A stretch of DNA of 61,575 nt, counting the filler, from Choristocarpus tenellus KU-1152 (Eukaryota; Protista; Phaeophyceae): assembly GCA_964200185.2 (NCBI GenBank). It is 11 parts of 11 records of this genome, joined end to end, with 100 filler letters (N's around TTAATTAATTAA, not from the genome) between each part and the next. Parts side by side here need not be neighbours in the genome. Positions count along the whole stretch, not along the records: positions 26,848 to 34,768 come from CAXNAD020005392.1; positions 34,869 to 40,747 come from CAXNAD020009531.1; 9 more parts are not named here. One strand, 5' to 3'. This document shows positions 26,877 through 38,430 of this stretch, piece by piece (within the stretch, counting starts at the first letter, position 1; each line of letters begins with the position of its first letter). The position numbers and the translations under genes are program-made. Below the pieces are notes generated by a model. The model saw nothing but the letters and a program-made list of their open reading frames with translations, was not told the origin of the DNA and made no database searches.

Positions 26877-26918
<42 letters not shown>

Positions 26919-27648
26919 AGGAAGTGGAGACTAATTACTCAAAAAGAAGAAAAGATAAACATAAATATATAGAAACACTACATATTAGCATAGGAGTACA
27001 GCACAACTGAAAGGAAACGGATATTCGCAAACCTGCATGCAAACGCACGTACAGCGAGAGATGCAAGCGATAAACATTACACATATTAATGGAAATATAC
27101 AGTACGGTTGTATCAAGGTGCAGAAATCGGAAATGGAAAGTACAAACCTGCGTGTGAACGCACGTATTTGTGCTCGCAGAGAGAGGTGTTCGTAACACGG
27201 AGCATTAAATTATAATAATAAAATGATAAATAGAACTACTATTGAAATAACGTATGAAAGACAAAGATATATATAGCAGCACAAAGCTGGTATCATCTCA
27301 TTGGACAGTAGTCAAATCCCCATTCCCACTACCACTGGTTGAGATCCATTTCCTCCTTTTTAGGAAAGAGTCAAATTTTGGTCCTCAATTCCTACCGATA
27401 CTTGGAAGAACAAAAAAAATGGCTCCAGGTACAGGTTTGAAAATAATTGTCATCAATTACAAAGAATAATATTTTCCTCCATCAGAATTTTCAATTGTTT
27501 AATCTAATAGAACTTACAAAAAATTAATAATAATAATAATAATAATAATGATAATAATCAGTAGTAGTAGGAAATCTATTATCTACAAGTGGGGGCATGC
27601 AGAAGGGAGGAGCATAATGAGAATATTCATATATATATATATAATTTA

Positions 27649-27706
27649 TATTATTATGCCCTCTGACATTTTGCAGATGTGTCAGGGGGAAACCAATGAA
27701 AACTAT
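27649..27706 (-). mobile_element. Second ~60-bp CRE 3'-end retroposed copy, inside an (AT)n tract
   Basis: Near-identical to 1661-1717 (attattatgccctctgacattttgcagatgtgtcagggg..aaaccaatgaaaactat). Confidence 0.75.
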
Positions 27707-27727
27707 ATACATATCTATATATATAAT

Positions 27728-28002
27728 TGTGGAAAGCATGTTTGTCTGTTGTTATATACCGTTATTGTCATATGCCATATACCGTCATACCAATGTCTGT
27801 TGTTATATACCGTTATTACCGTATGCCATATACCTTCATACCAATTTCTGTTGTTATATACCGTTGTTGTCGTATGCCATATACCTTCATACCAATTTCT
27901 GTTGTTATATACCGTTATTGTCGTATGCCATATACCGTCATACCAATTTCTGTTCCTTATCAAGCATCCACGATTCCACTGTCGGAACAACCTATCATCA
28001 CA
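27728..28002 (+). repeat. Dispersed element carrying four 51-bp minisatellite units
   Basis: Head tgtggaaagcatg, units ctgttgttatataccgttattgtcgtatgccatataccgtcataccaattt, tail caagcatccacgattccactg..tcaca. Confidence 0.85.
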
Positions 28003-29888
28003 ATTCCACCTCAGTGCTGATCAGCGTGGTACTGGGATGCTTTAATGGTGTGTCTCTGTACAGTGTGACCTGCCCAGGGTATAGTGTCACTTTGTCATAG
28101 ATGGGTATAGTCTATCGTTTTCGTGAAGAGATGGAAATAACTGGCAACAGGTGAAGAGTCAGTTAACCTATTCACGACCGGCCCTGACTTGACATCCTAT
28201 ATATTAACCTATTCATGTTTACCAGGTCTATCAATCCTTGCAAATAGACTACACAAAAATATATACATACACTTATGTATATATTGGTGGATTTAGACAA
28301 ATTAATAATAAACTTATTTTCGTATCTCAGCTCTCCTCGTTTTCGTGAGTGAACGCATGCGGGTGGGGGTGGTGAAGAGACCGCATCACCTCACACAACA
28401 ATCATCCAACAACAATCAACAATACATTAGAGCACCCGTGTGCTAGATAGAGGCCAGGCGACTGTGTCCATTACACCACATCACGCTTTCACAAAATGGA
28501 CCAAATGGACCTATTTTATCGATCGCAATCACGAAACGACTAAACCCCATCCCCAAACAAAACAAAACATAAAATATATACATTGAAGATTGAAGTCTAC
28601 CCCCAACAGGTACAAGAGGTGGAGACTTCAAACAAGTCATACACGTTATGTTGGCTTTTCTTTTTTTTGTGTGGCATTGATGCCCCCCCCCCGCCGACAC
28701 AATCCAACTACCGAACAGTCACCTCCTATCGGGTTTTCTTTTTAAGAGTTGAGTTGAGTCACCAAGTATGTCCGAGTTGCCCACTCAGAATAATTACAGT
28801 CGCCGTGACCAATATTTCCAATTTTAATTATTCCGAGGAAGGAGAGTGTGCCCACATGTTCGTAGATAGTGAGCGCTGCCGACATGCCATAGACACACCA
28901 TTGGTGGAGTGGCGGAGGAAAGGTAGAGTCAGATACATGGAAAACATATTCTACTTTAAGCTCTACCCAATGACGTTCTTGTATTGTAGGGACCTGATAC
29001 TAGATTATCAGTTGATGCACATCATACATGCTACATACAACGCTTAGATATTACTATTTTTCTTATTATCCATGCGGATGTACCGAATCCCCCCCCACAC
29101 GGTAAGTCTGCACTTGTCTCACCCCCACCAATTCAGTCAGCGGAATTGAAGACCACAAGCCTCTCTTGCAACATCAACATTGTTTTATCTACATCGAGCT
29201 ATTCATTGCCCTCTTATCAAGGCACACCACCGAGGGTCCAGTGTGGGATACTTCAACAATACACACATTTCATCTCGCCGTCTGCTGTGTTGATGTTGTC
29301 GGTTGGTCATGCAACACAAGATGTTGTTTTCAGGCATTGGAGTGGTGATCAAATCAAATCATCGTACAACACACGCATCAATCATCAATCATCAATCACC
29401 GTATAGCAATGTCGAATCACGCAGACTAATCAAACCATTTAGTGACATCGTGTATAGTGTTTGCTCCTCATATCCCCATTCTGAGCGTATCATCTGTTAC
29501 ATACAAGATAATAGAGACCCTATAGGTTGACCGCATACACCTCTCTACCACTCTTGCACCCTGGATTGCATTGTGGGATGTATCAGATCCGTCTTTAGGC
29601 TGATTGATAAGCTGATCCTATACTCTCAGACCCCCCGTAAAGCTCGGTTGGCGTGCTGACCACACACCATCAACCTTAGGCTATAATGCTATCTTGATCA
29701 GATATTCATTATGTGCCTGATTAATATATTACAAAACTTCATTTTGTATTAATGAAGTTGTATAATACAATGGCGCAATAGTATACTAACAGTCACACAT
29801 GTTTCCCATTTCGCCCCCAGAGCTCACGACTTGGTTGACCTTGAATCATGTTTACATGACTTCAAGGCCAATCAGAAGGGGGGGGTGA

Positions 29889-30242
29889 CGTGGAAAGCAT
29901 GTTTATCTGTTATATATACCGTTATTGCCGTATGCCATATACCGTCATACCAATGTCTGTTGTTATATACCGTTAATGTCGTATACCATATAACGCCATA
30001 CCAATTTCTGTTGTCATATATACCGTTATTGTCGTATACCATATACCATCATACCGATGTCTGTTGTTATATATACCGTTATTGTCGTATACCATACAAC
30101 GTCATACCAATGTCTGTTGTTATATATACCGTTATTACCGTATGCCATATACCGTCATATATCGTTACAAACCATTGTTATACCGATTGAGGTCCCTTGT
30201 CAAGCATCCACGATTACACTGGCAGACTGACCTTCCGTCACA
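29889..30242 (+). repeat. Second copy of the 51-bp minisatellite element (~5-6 units)
   Basis: Same head, units and tail as 27728-28002. Confidence 0.85.
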
Positions 30243-30248
30243 ATGAAA

Positions 30249-30508
30249 GAGTGAAAGTACCTTAGAGGGTATGAGTTTTTTCCCTCTTTGTCCATTTGGA
30301 GCTTGGCTTCCCATGGGTTTTTCATTACATTTTATCAACTCCAAAATATCTCAGAGTAGGTATAATGTATACGTTATGAAAAGGTGTGTCCAGAAGAAGG
30401 ATATTGACACTTCCCAACAAATACGATAGCCAAAATTACATCAAAATCGCAACATTGGATCTTGGACCCCAAATGGACGTGACTGTACCCTCTAGGATAC
30501 TATTGCTC
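30249..30508 (+). mobile_element. ~257-bp GAG-TIR MITE, TSD AAA
   Basis: gagtgaaagtaccttagagggta ... taccctctaggatactattgctc, with AAA on both flanks. Confidence 0.9.
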
Positions 30509-30760
30509 AAACCATGGAATCTATTCACAGCTCAGGACCACTCATAATTCAGAGTTGTCACACATGAAAGATTCACTTTGTTCTCATGCCTTGACCTGTG
30601 GTGATCAAGCCCCCTCTCTGAAGATGCTCATGACTCCTCAATTCTTCACTGCAATTCCTTGCAGTCTTTTCAATTGTCCAACCTTGACCTCATATTGGTA
30701 CTATCTTTGTTTGTACAGTGATTCTCTTTGACGCCCTAACCCTAACCTGAGTGAACAACG

Positions 30761-30870
30761 CCAGTGGAATCATGGACGCTTGACAAGGAACCTCAATCGG
30801 TACAACAACGGTGTATGGCATACGGAAATAACGGTATATATATAACAACAAACATAACATGCTTTCCACA
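30761..30870 (-). repeat. Third, inverted copy of the minisatellite element (~1 unit)
   Basis: The reverse complement has the head tgtggaaagcatg and the tail caagcgtccatgattccactgg. Confidence 0.8.
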
Positions 30871-32700
30871 TGATCGAATATACGTATACAAAATAAAAAA
30901 TATATAATAGAATAAAAATATAAAAATATAAAAACAATATATATATATATATATATATATTTGCTCACTAAAAAAAATCACTTGAAAACATACAAACCAC
31001 TCAGTAAAAGCCCCACCAGGCATACATACCATACTGATCTAACCAAAATGGAAGAGGACGAACCCCCTCAACATTCAACATACCAACTAATCAATTTCAT
31101 ACCACTACTTTGTTATTACAACTGCAACAAAAATAAATACCATCCCTCAAGTACATCACATGCATCAATCATCACACATCAAACAGAACAATCAATATAC
31201 ACCAAACAGCAAAGAGAACAATAACCATACATCAAACATCAAACACCAAAGAGACAACAATCATCAATCATCAATCATCAAAAGAGAGAACAATCATCAA
31301 TCATCATGCATCAAACGTCAAACAGAACAATCATCATACATCAAACAGAAAGGGAGTACAACAGTCAAAATCGATTGACGTCTTATTTATATTTTTAGAA
31401 AGGGAGTACTGACCCACTATTTACATAGAAACATGCATTTGTCCGAAACGTGATGCAACAATCCTCCCAAAAACACGCCTCAGAAGGTGGTGACGACATG
31501 GAGAAAGAACCAATGACCATATCCCCCTCTCTGTCGAGGTCAATTCCAACTACCATACTACCAATACCTATCACTACTACTACTACTACTATTAAAGTTA
31601 TTGTTATTATTATTGGTGCTATCATAACCCAGCCCTTGCATTTTTCAAATGTATATTGAAAGTCTCCTCTTATCCCACCAAGGAATAGCCCCAGTCCTAT
31701 CCCCAGCCCATTGCGTCAAAACTATCCTAGGGAGGGGGGTAGATTTTGTCTACTTCATACTTGAGGGGGTTGTAACTGAAATACCTCACAACCTAGTTTC
31801 ATGACCCAACTTAAGGTCTACCACAAGGCTTGTGTATGATGTCTCCTATTGGGTCAAAGTTCGGCATAAGGCAGTGACAAGCTCTTCAACTAAAAACTTT
31901 CTCTAAGGAACCATTGGTTCAGTTCTTTTCTTTAGAAATTGATCTGCAAAGTAGGTCCCACCTAGAAATTTCTATTCATAAAATTTTGTTGCCACAAAAA
32001 ATTATAAAAAACGGAAAAAGATACACAGTTCATCCGTCGTATACTACCACAGTATGTCCTAATCCATCAAATGCTCTCTACCCACCCCCCACCCCCCCAA
32101 TTTTCACATTTTCCGCATTGTCTCAGTAAACAACAATTGGGGACCATTTTCTCTGTAACACAAATGATAACCCTAACCCTAACCCAATGATAACCAATTC
32201 CACCTGCAACATCCACTGACCAGGTGAACTCATGTGACAATTTCCTCCAAAGATTTCGCTGCTCTATCAGTTCAAACAAAATAATAATAATAATAATAAT
32301 AATATTAATAGTGATAAAATTCATAATAATATAAATAATTTCATTCTCCTACAAATAACATACGCACATATTCCTTCGTTTTGTCAACTCAACACTGATA
32401 AAAAGATAAGACAACACAACACGCCTCCATCCACAAACCCATCAATCCAGTCACGTTACCCCAACCCTAAACCCTAAACCCTAACCCTAACCCTAACCCC
32501 ATTGGTAACTAACTCCGTACCTAGTGAATTAGTAGGCATCACCTACTAATTCACCCAATCAAACACCATTCAACAGTCAGCACAACACACACAAACTTCA
32601 ACAAAAGTCCCCCATTGCCCACAAAATGCAAGGCACACTATTACTATTATTTCTAACTCACAACACATCAACAAAACAACATACAGGCACACACACAGAC

Positions 32701-32856
32701 CTTGCCCACAAAGCTCTGATCATTTCCTCGGGGTCGAAGGCACTCCTCGTTGAGAACAGAAATCATGCCCATCCTGCTCTCTATGAGACCCAGGACCTCT
32801 GCATTGTCAGAAAAATCCACGTGACTCCATGGGATCCCCTCTTCCTCGTACTCCAC
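32701..32856 (-). CDS. Myosin motor domain exon (after the relay helix)
   Basis: ccag|GTG ... AAG|gtctgt; VEYEEEGIPWSHVDFSDNAEVLGLIESRMGMISVLNEECLRPRGNDQSFVGK; joins in phase 0 to the exon at 34186. Confidence 0.93.
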
Positions 32857-32872
32857 CTGGACAATTTATTAA

Positions 32873-32903
<31 letters not shown>

Positions 32904-33754
32904 TTATTATTATTATTCTAATCAACTAAAATTATTCTGTACAGAAAAATGGTGAGATGCAGCTGTGAAATTTTGAACTGAAGAGCTGGCTCTATAAGAA
33001 GGAAAAAACAATTACTGAGCGAAATTATTAATATCATTGATATCATCATCATCATCATCATCACGACCAAATGAGCTAACACACGCCTCCACTGTAAAAA
33101 AAAAAGTAGATATAAACAATCAAGATGAAGAAACTCCCTGTACTTGTAGTACTAGAGTACTTAAAAATATCTAACCTATTTATTCCTCCAATCCTATTGG
33201 CCAGTGCAGTTATTTTTTTTAACATGACGTAGTACAAAAAACAGGACATCTGTCACATTTTTATAACTCAATGTAGGTACTACAAAAATACCGGCGTCCC
33301 ACCACTGATAATAAAACTGAAGACAAAACACATTACAATTTTAAGTCATCTATCATATCATATATATATATACATATCGAACTTTTTTTTTAATCATTAA
33401 TTCAAAAACAAATCATAATTTGTAAATGCGAATCCTAGCCCCAACCCCAAAAGTCATCAAAAAATAAAATATTGTTATCATTACAAGAAACAACTGTAGC
33501 TCTACATGATGAATACTCTCCATTAAGAATTAAACTATATATACTACTGTAATACACAAACCATTCACCCTAGGTTCTTAGTTCTTGAAAAAGCTCAAGT
33601 CATGAACAAAGAAACACTCATAAATCAAACTATCAAGATAATACTAATAAAATAATACTGTAAACAAAAATAAACAAAATAAAATAAACAAGACAGGGTG
33701 GAAGAGAGGGAGAGGGGAGAGTGCCCGTAACAACACCCAAGCCGATGCATGCAC

Positions 33755-34030
33755 ATATCACATACAACATATCACATATCACATATCACATATCTCAAAT
33801 CACAAATCACAAATCATATAACACAAATCACATATCACATAACACAAATCACAAATCACAAATCACAAGTCAAAAATCTCAAATCATAAATCACCAATCA
33901 CCAATCACATAACACAAATCACAAGTCACAAATCTCAAATCACGTATCACATATCACATAACACAAATCACATAACGCATAACACAAATCAAACATCACA
34001 TATCACATATAACATATCACAAACCACAAA
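33755..34030. repeat. Degenerate ~7-bp (ATCACAA/ATCACAT) tandem array in the myosin intron
   Basis: Seen directly. Confidence 0.85.
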
Positions 34031-34092
34031 CCACAACAACAAAAACATATGTAGACAAAATCATGGACACAAACAACAGCAGCAGCACAAAA

Positions 34093-34132
34093 TCCTAACC
34101 CTAACCCTAACCCTAACCCTAACCCTAACCCT
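34093..34132. repeat. Interstitial telomeric (CCCTAA)n; shorter tracts near 19084, 30733, 32170, 32465, 55007, 58860 and 60405-60480
   Basis: About six perfect CCCTAA units. Confidence 0.9.
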
Positions 34133-34185
34133 GAGACCGAGACTGTCTCTAAATAACAATCCCCTCGTGTACCACCTCCCCCCAC

Positions 34186-34459
34186 CTGCACAGTCTTGAA
34201 CACGTCCTGAGTAAACTTCTGCTGCAGCTTCTCATTGGCATAGTTGATACACAGCTGCTCAAACCTGTTCACTCCAAAGCTCTCAAACCCAAATATGTCC
34301 AAGAGTGCAATCGTGCCCCCCCTACCCAGACCACCGTCGCTCCCCCCCACCCCACCAGACACAGCCGTCCATCCACTGCCTCTGCCTCCCGGCGGATCAA
34401 GAGCTGCAGGGGGTGCTGCTGTGCTGCTGTTAATTCGTCGCACTAGCCAATCAAACAGA
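34186..34459 (-). CDS. Myosin motor domain exon (switch II and relay helix)
   Basis: gcag|T..CAG|gtgggg; [10 protein letters not shown]...[42 protein letters not shown]. Confidence 0.95.
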
Positions 34460-34999
34460 CTGCATGCAGATGTTACATGTGTGTATGTACGTGTGTTTGT
34501 GTGCAAGTACGGCAAGCACAGCAGAAACAGCAGTTACAAACAGTTACATCAGTTACATACAGAAATATCAGTTACAAACAGTTAAAACACAGTTTTATCA
34601 GTTACGCACAGATGCCAAAGATATCCATTGATAACCGCATCAGCGTAGGAAGGAGGGAGGGAGGGAGGAAAGGGGATGGAATGGGGGGGGGGGGGGGGGG
34701 GGGGGGGGCCCCCCGGGGTTTGGTTTGGAAAAAAAATATTTTCTTTAAAAAAAAAGGAAAAAGAAAAANNNNNNNNNNNNNNNNNNNNNNNNNNNNNNNN
34801 NNNNNNNNNNNNTTAATTAATTAANNNNNNNNNNNNNNNNNNNNNNNNNNNNNNNNNNNNNNNNNNNNCCCTCCCCCCCCTCTCCCCCCCCTCTTCCCCC
34901 CCCCCCCCCCCCCCCCCCCAGGAAATCTAGGCCACCTACCACAGTTAAGAAGGTCCCTGGTAGGTTCCGCACCACCCATGCAATCACCCTTATGCAAAC

Positions 35000-37865
35000 A
35001 GTGGATCTCCTGATGCATGAAGTAACCGCCCCAAGCCTAGAGGGGGGGACCCCAACATAGGGGCCATCAGAGCGTCCAAACTTCTTCATATGGTCCCTGA
35101 CCTCTTACTGGCCAAAGATGGAAAGTTCTTGAGGGAGGAAACTTTTGCCCATGTAGCGTCAGGGAACATCCAAGAGTTGGTAGCATTGCTACTAGAACGA
35201 TCCCAGAGGACCAGCAGACGTAGGGAGGTCCCTGGAGAGGACCCCAAATCCCGCCAGGAAGGTGCTGCAGCTCTGGGTCACCACTATGGAGGCATCTCAA
35301 AGGGGGTGAGTGTCCTCCTAGCACGACCCAGAGCCCCAGGGGTGGAGGAGACCTTCAGGGTACTGCTGGTCCCCAAGCACCCAAGCGAGAATCCTGATGA
35401 GCTTAAGGCAGGCCATTACGGATGCAAAGAATAGGGTACATGAGGATACAAGATCTGGGGAAGAAAGGTACTGCCCCCCCGAGGGGGAGTACACCCCCAC
35501 CTCCCTACGAACGGGCTTCATGAGGGCGAACAGTAACTCTGCACCAGGCCCCGATGGGATGCACCCCAGCCACATCAGATCAGTCATCATGACTGACGTT
35601 GGTCACAAAGAAGTGGCAGAGGCGTTTGCAAAGCTCTGGGAACTAACCTACACCTCCCTGGACTCTTTACCTCTGGAGTTTTGGACGCTTCAAACAAACT
35701 CCAGATTGTCCGTAATTGGGGAGAAATGTTGCCTGGTCGCCTGTGGTTCTTTCTTCAGAATGGCATGTGCTTCAGCCTTCTGTGCAGACTAGCGTCCCTA
35801 CCGGGAGGAATATTTCGGCGGTTTGGGACAATTTGGCGAGGGGTTTCAAATGGAGTGGAGCAAGCCCTTCTCAACATCCGCCTAAGAAATGAGTGTGGCG
35901 AATGGGTCATCAGTCTAGATGGGAAGAAACGCTTTCAACAGTGTACGCCGCTCGGCCTTCATCAAGGCTCTCCCTGAGACTCTACCAGGACTCATGCCCT
36001 ACGTCTCCAAGGTGTATTGGGACGCCCGTAATCTTCTTTCCCCCCTGGATGAGGGAGGGATGAAGGTACTGCCATCGAGATCAGGGGCACAACAAGGCCC
36101 CCTCCTATATTGCATGGCAACCCACAAAGCCCTACAGTGGGACCAGTCTGCCTTTGGACCCCAGGATGACATGTCCATGTCGGCGAATGGGTGATCGGCC
36201 CCAACAACATAGCTGCTTTTGAGCAGTTAAAAACTGATCTTCATGAGGTAGGCATTGCCCTGAATATGGACAAGACCTTTGCCGCACCTCCCCAGGGTCA
36301 CCAACCCACACCCTCATAACTGGAGCTTCTTTCTGCGGTGGGAATCAACCTAGCCCCAAACCCAAATGGGTTTGATACATTTGGGGACTCCTTTGGGAAC
36401 GGATTCATCCAAGCCCACATGGCTGAGGTAATCAAGAGCTCTGGGTCACGAGCTTTGACCACACACCTCGGCGAGATGGAGGACAAACAGATGGCCTGGC
36501 TCGTCAACTCCTGGTCACTCTCCTCCCGCCTATGCTATCTGGCTAGGGTCACTCCCCCACACCTGACACGCTCCACCTTGGAGCAAGCAGACAACACCTC
36601 GTTATGGACACTGGAGAAGATAAGGAAGGTAGCAGACTTGACAGAGGCGGCGGATGTTTTTGAGGGTGTGTGCAGTAATGGGTCTCTCCGCCTAGAGACC
36701 CACCAACAAGTACGGGCACAGATGCCCACAAGTGCGGGGGGGTCGGGCCTCTCCTCTATGAAGCACCACCAACAAATAGTATTCGTAGGATACCTAGCGA
36801 CCACTCTCCCCGCCCTTCGAGCAAGGCAGCAAGGGCCTTATGACGAGTCCTTCTCACAAGCTATTTGTGTGTGCCCCACAGTACGGGCCCTGGGATCGTC
36901 CATCCACACCCTCCTCTCTACAGGTGTCCCCTCAGAGGACCTAGCGGAAATCATTGGGCCAAGACTGGGTAACCTGGGGGGAACAACATCTCCCACACCT
37001 GCCCTGGAGGTCCACATTCTGATAGCCCATGACGCCAGGATCACAAGGAGGGCTCAACATGAGATGACTCACCTGCTAAACAGGATCCGCTTTGACTCCT
37101 CCTGGATGCAATTTGCTAGCTTACCAAATGAAGTGCAGGGGCACTTGCGAACACCGGATCAGCCCTTGACCAAGACAAAGGCCTCCTGCTAGATGTTACG
37201 TTTGGAGAGGCGCAAGCAACCTCCCACCTTCGCCACTCATCTACCAGCAATGGTGTAGCTGCTAGATGTTACGTTTGGAGAAGCGCAAGCAACCTCCCAC
37301 CTTCGCCACTCATCTACCAGCAATGGTATAGCTGCTGCTGCAGCTGAGGCGCGAAAGCACACCCACTATGAGGGCTCTTTTGACCCTCGAAATTATAACC
37401 TCAACACCTTCACAGTTGAAAGTTTTGGATGCCTCAGCAAGCAAGCAAGCAGAAAGTTTTCTGGATGAGCTAGTTACGCACGCGGTAGGGGGGAGAGGGA
37501 CAGGAAGTTATGGCAGGAAGGGGGCTGCCAAATCCTGTCTACGACAGATAGTTTCTGTCACAACACAGGTAGCCCTATCCAGACTGGTCATGTGCTTTGA
37601 TTGGAGACACCAGGGAGATGGGCAAGGTGGGGCTTGTTAGATTCATGGGATGCTTCGCTAGCCCCTCACCCTGGAGTACAGGTCTTAGCTAGGTTAGAGG
37701 CACAGGAAGGGAACGGTGTAGCGTAACTGGTAGTAAAATAGCGAATAGATTACTGTTTTTCACATTTATGACAACTGTTACTTTCTTAGGGTTTATTCTG
37801 ATATGTGAATAGTTTTTTTGATTTTTCACATCTGGAAAATGTCAGAGGCATAATAATAAAATAAT
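35000..37865 (+). mobile_element. Degenerate CRE-clade non-LTR retrotransposon (RT, RLE remnant, 3' UTR and (AAT)n tail)
   Basis: RT motifs SAPGPDG, ACGSFFR, GQFG..GVSNGVEQ, LDG/RNAFNSVRR, SGAQQGPLLY, QDD and QMPTSAGGSGL. C-terminus DVTFG..AAAAEARKHTHYEGSFD..FTVESFGCLSKQAESFLDEL. Frameshifts, an internal deletion and a ~72-bp duplication at ~37188-37330. The 5' boundary is uncertain. Confidence 0.88.
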
Positions 37866-38430
37866 GCTTATCTTTCACATTTAGGACAATTGTTTCTTTT
37901 ACAGGTTCTTGTGATGTTGGTTTGGCTTTTCTGCGACACATCTACAAAGCACCTTTGTGGTGGAAAGTTTTTGGGTGCCTTGGTAAGCAAGCAGAAATTT
38001 TTGTGGATGAGTTGGCTACACACACATTAGGGGGGAGAGGGGCACGAGGTTACAGCAGGAAAGGAGCTGTCAGATCCTGTTGACGACAGATAGTATCTGT
38101 TACTACACAAGTGGTTCTCTCAAGCGTGTCATGCGTTTTAAGCTGGAGACGCTGCAGAGATGGGCAAGGAGGATCCTCTCAGATTCTTGGGATGCTTCCC
38201 TTGGTCCTCACCCTGTTGTGTAGACCAAAACTAGGAGGCATAATAGCAGCGATATACGTAACATTGTAATATAACGACCTTTTATGGGAGTGTAGTATTG
38301 GTGGTAGTCAAATAGTGAATAGATTTGATAACTTTCACACATTAATGACAATTGTTACTTTTTTTGAAGGGGTAATTATATTTATAATATTGAATTGGCT
38401 TTTTGGTTGACACATCTTAAAAGTATTAAA
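37866..38430 (+). mobile_element. Further head-to-tail 3' fragments of the same CRE family
   Basis: 37955-38225 repeats the RLE C-terminal segment (~37415-37680). The 3'UTR motif ttcaca..gacaa(c/t)tgtt recurs near 37760, 37873 and 38334. Confidence 0.8.

Noticed and set aside
26865-26915. Poly-G tracts as G-quadruplex elements (also at contig ends near 12655, 34683 and 55520)
   Set aside because: They cluster at contig ends and gaps, which fits low-quality sequence at homopolymer assembly breaks.
27746-27950. Possible CRISPR array or 17-aa repeat protein
   Set aside because: The units are similar along their whole length with no unique spacers, no cas genes are present, and the second copy has frame-breaking indels.
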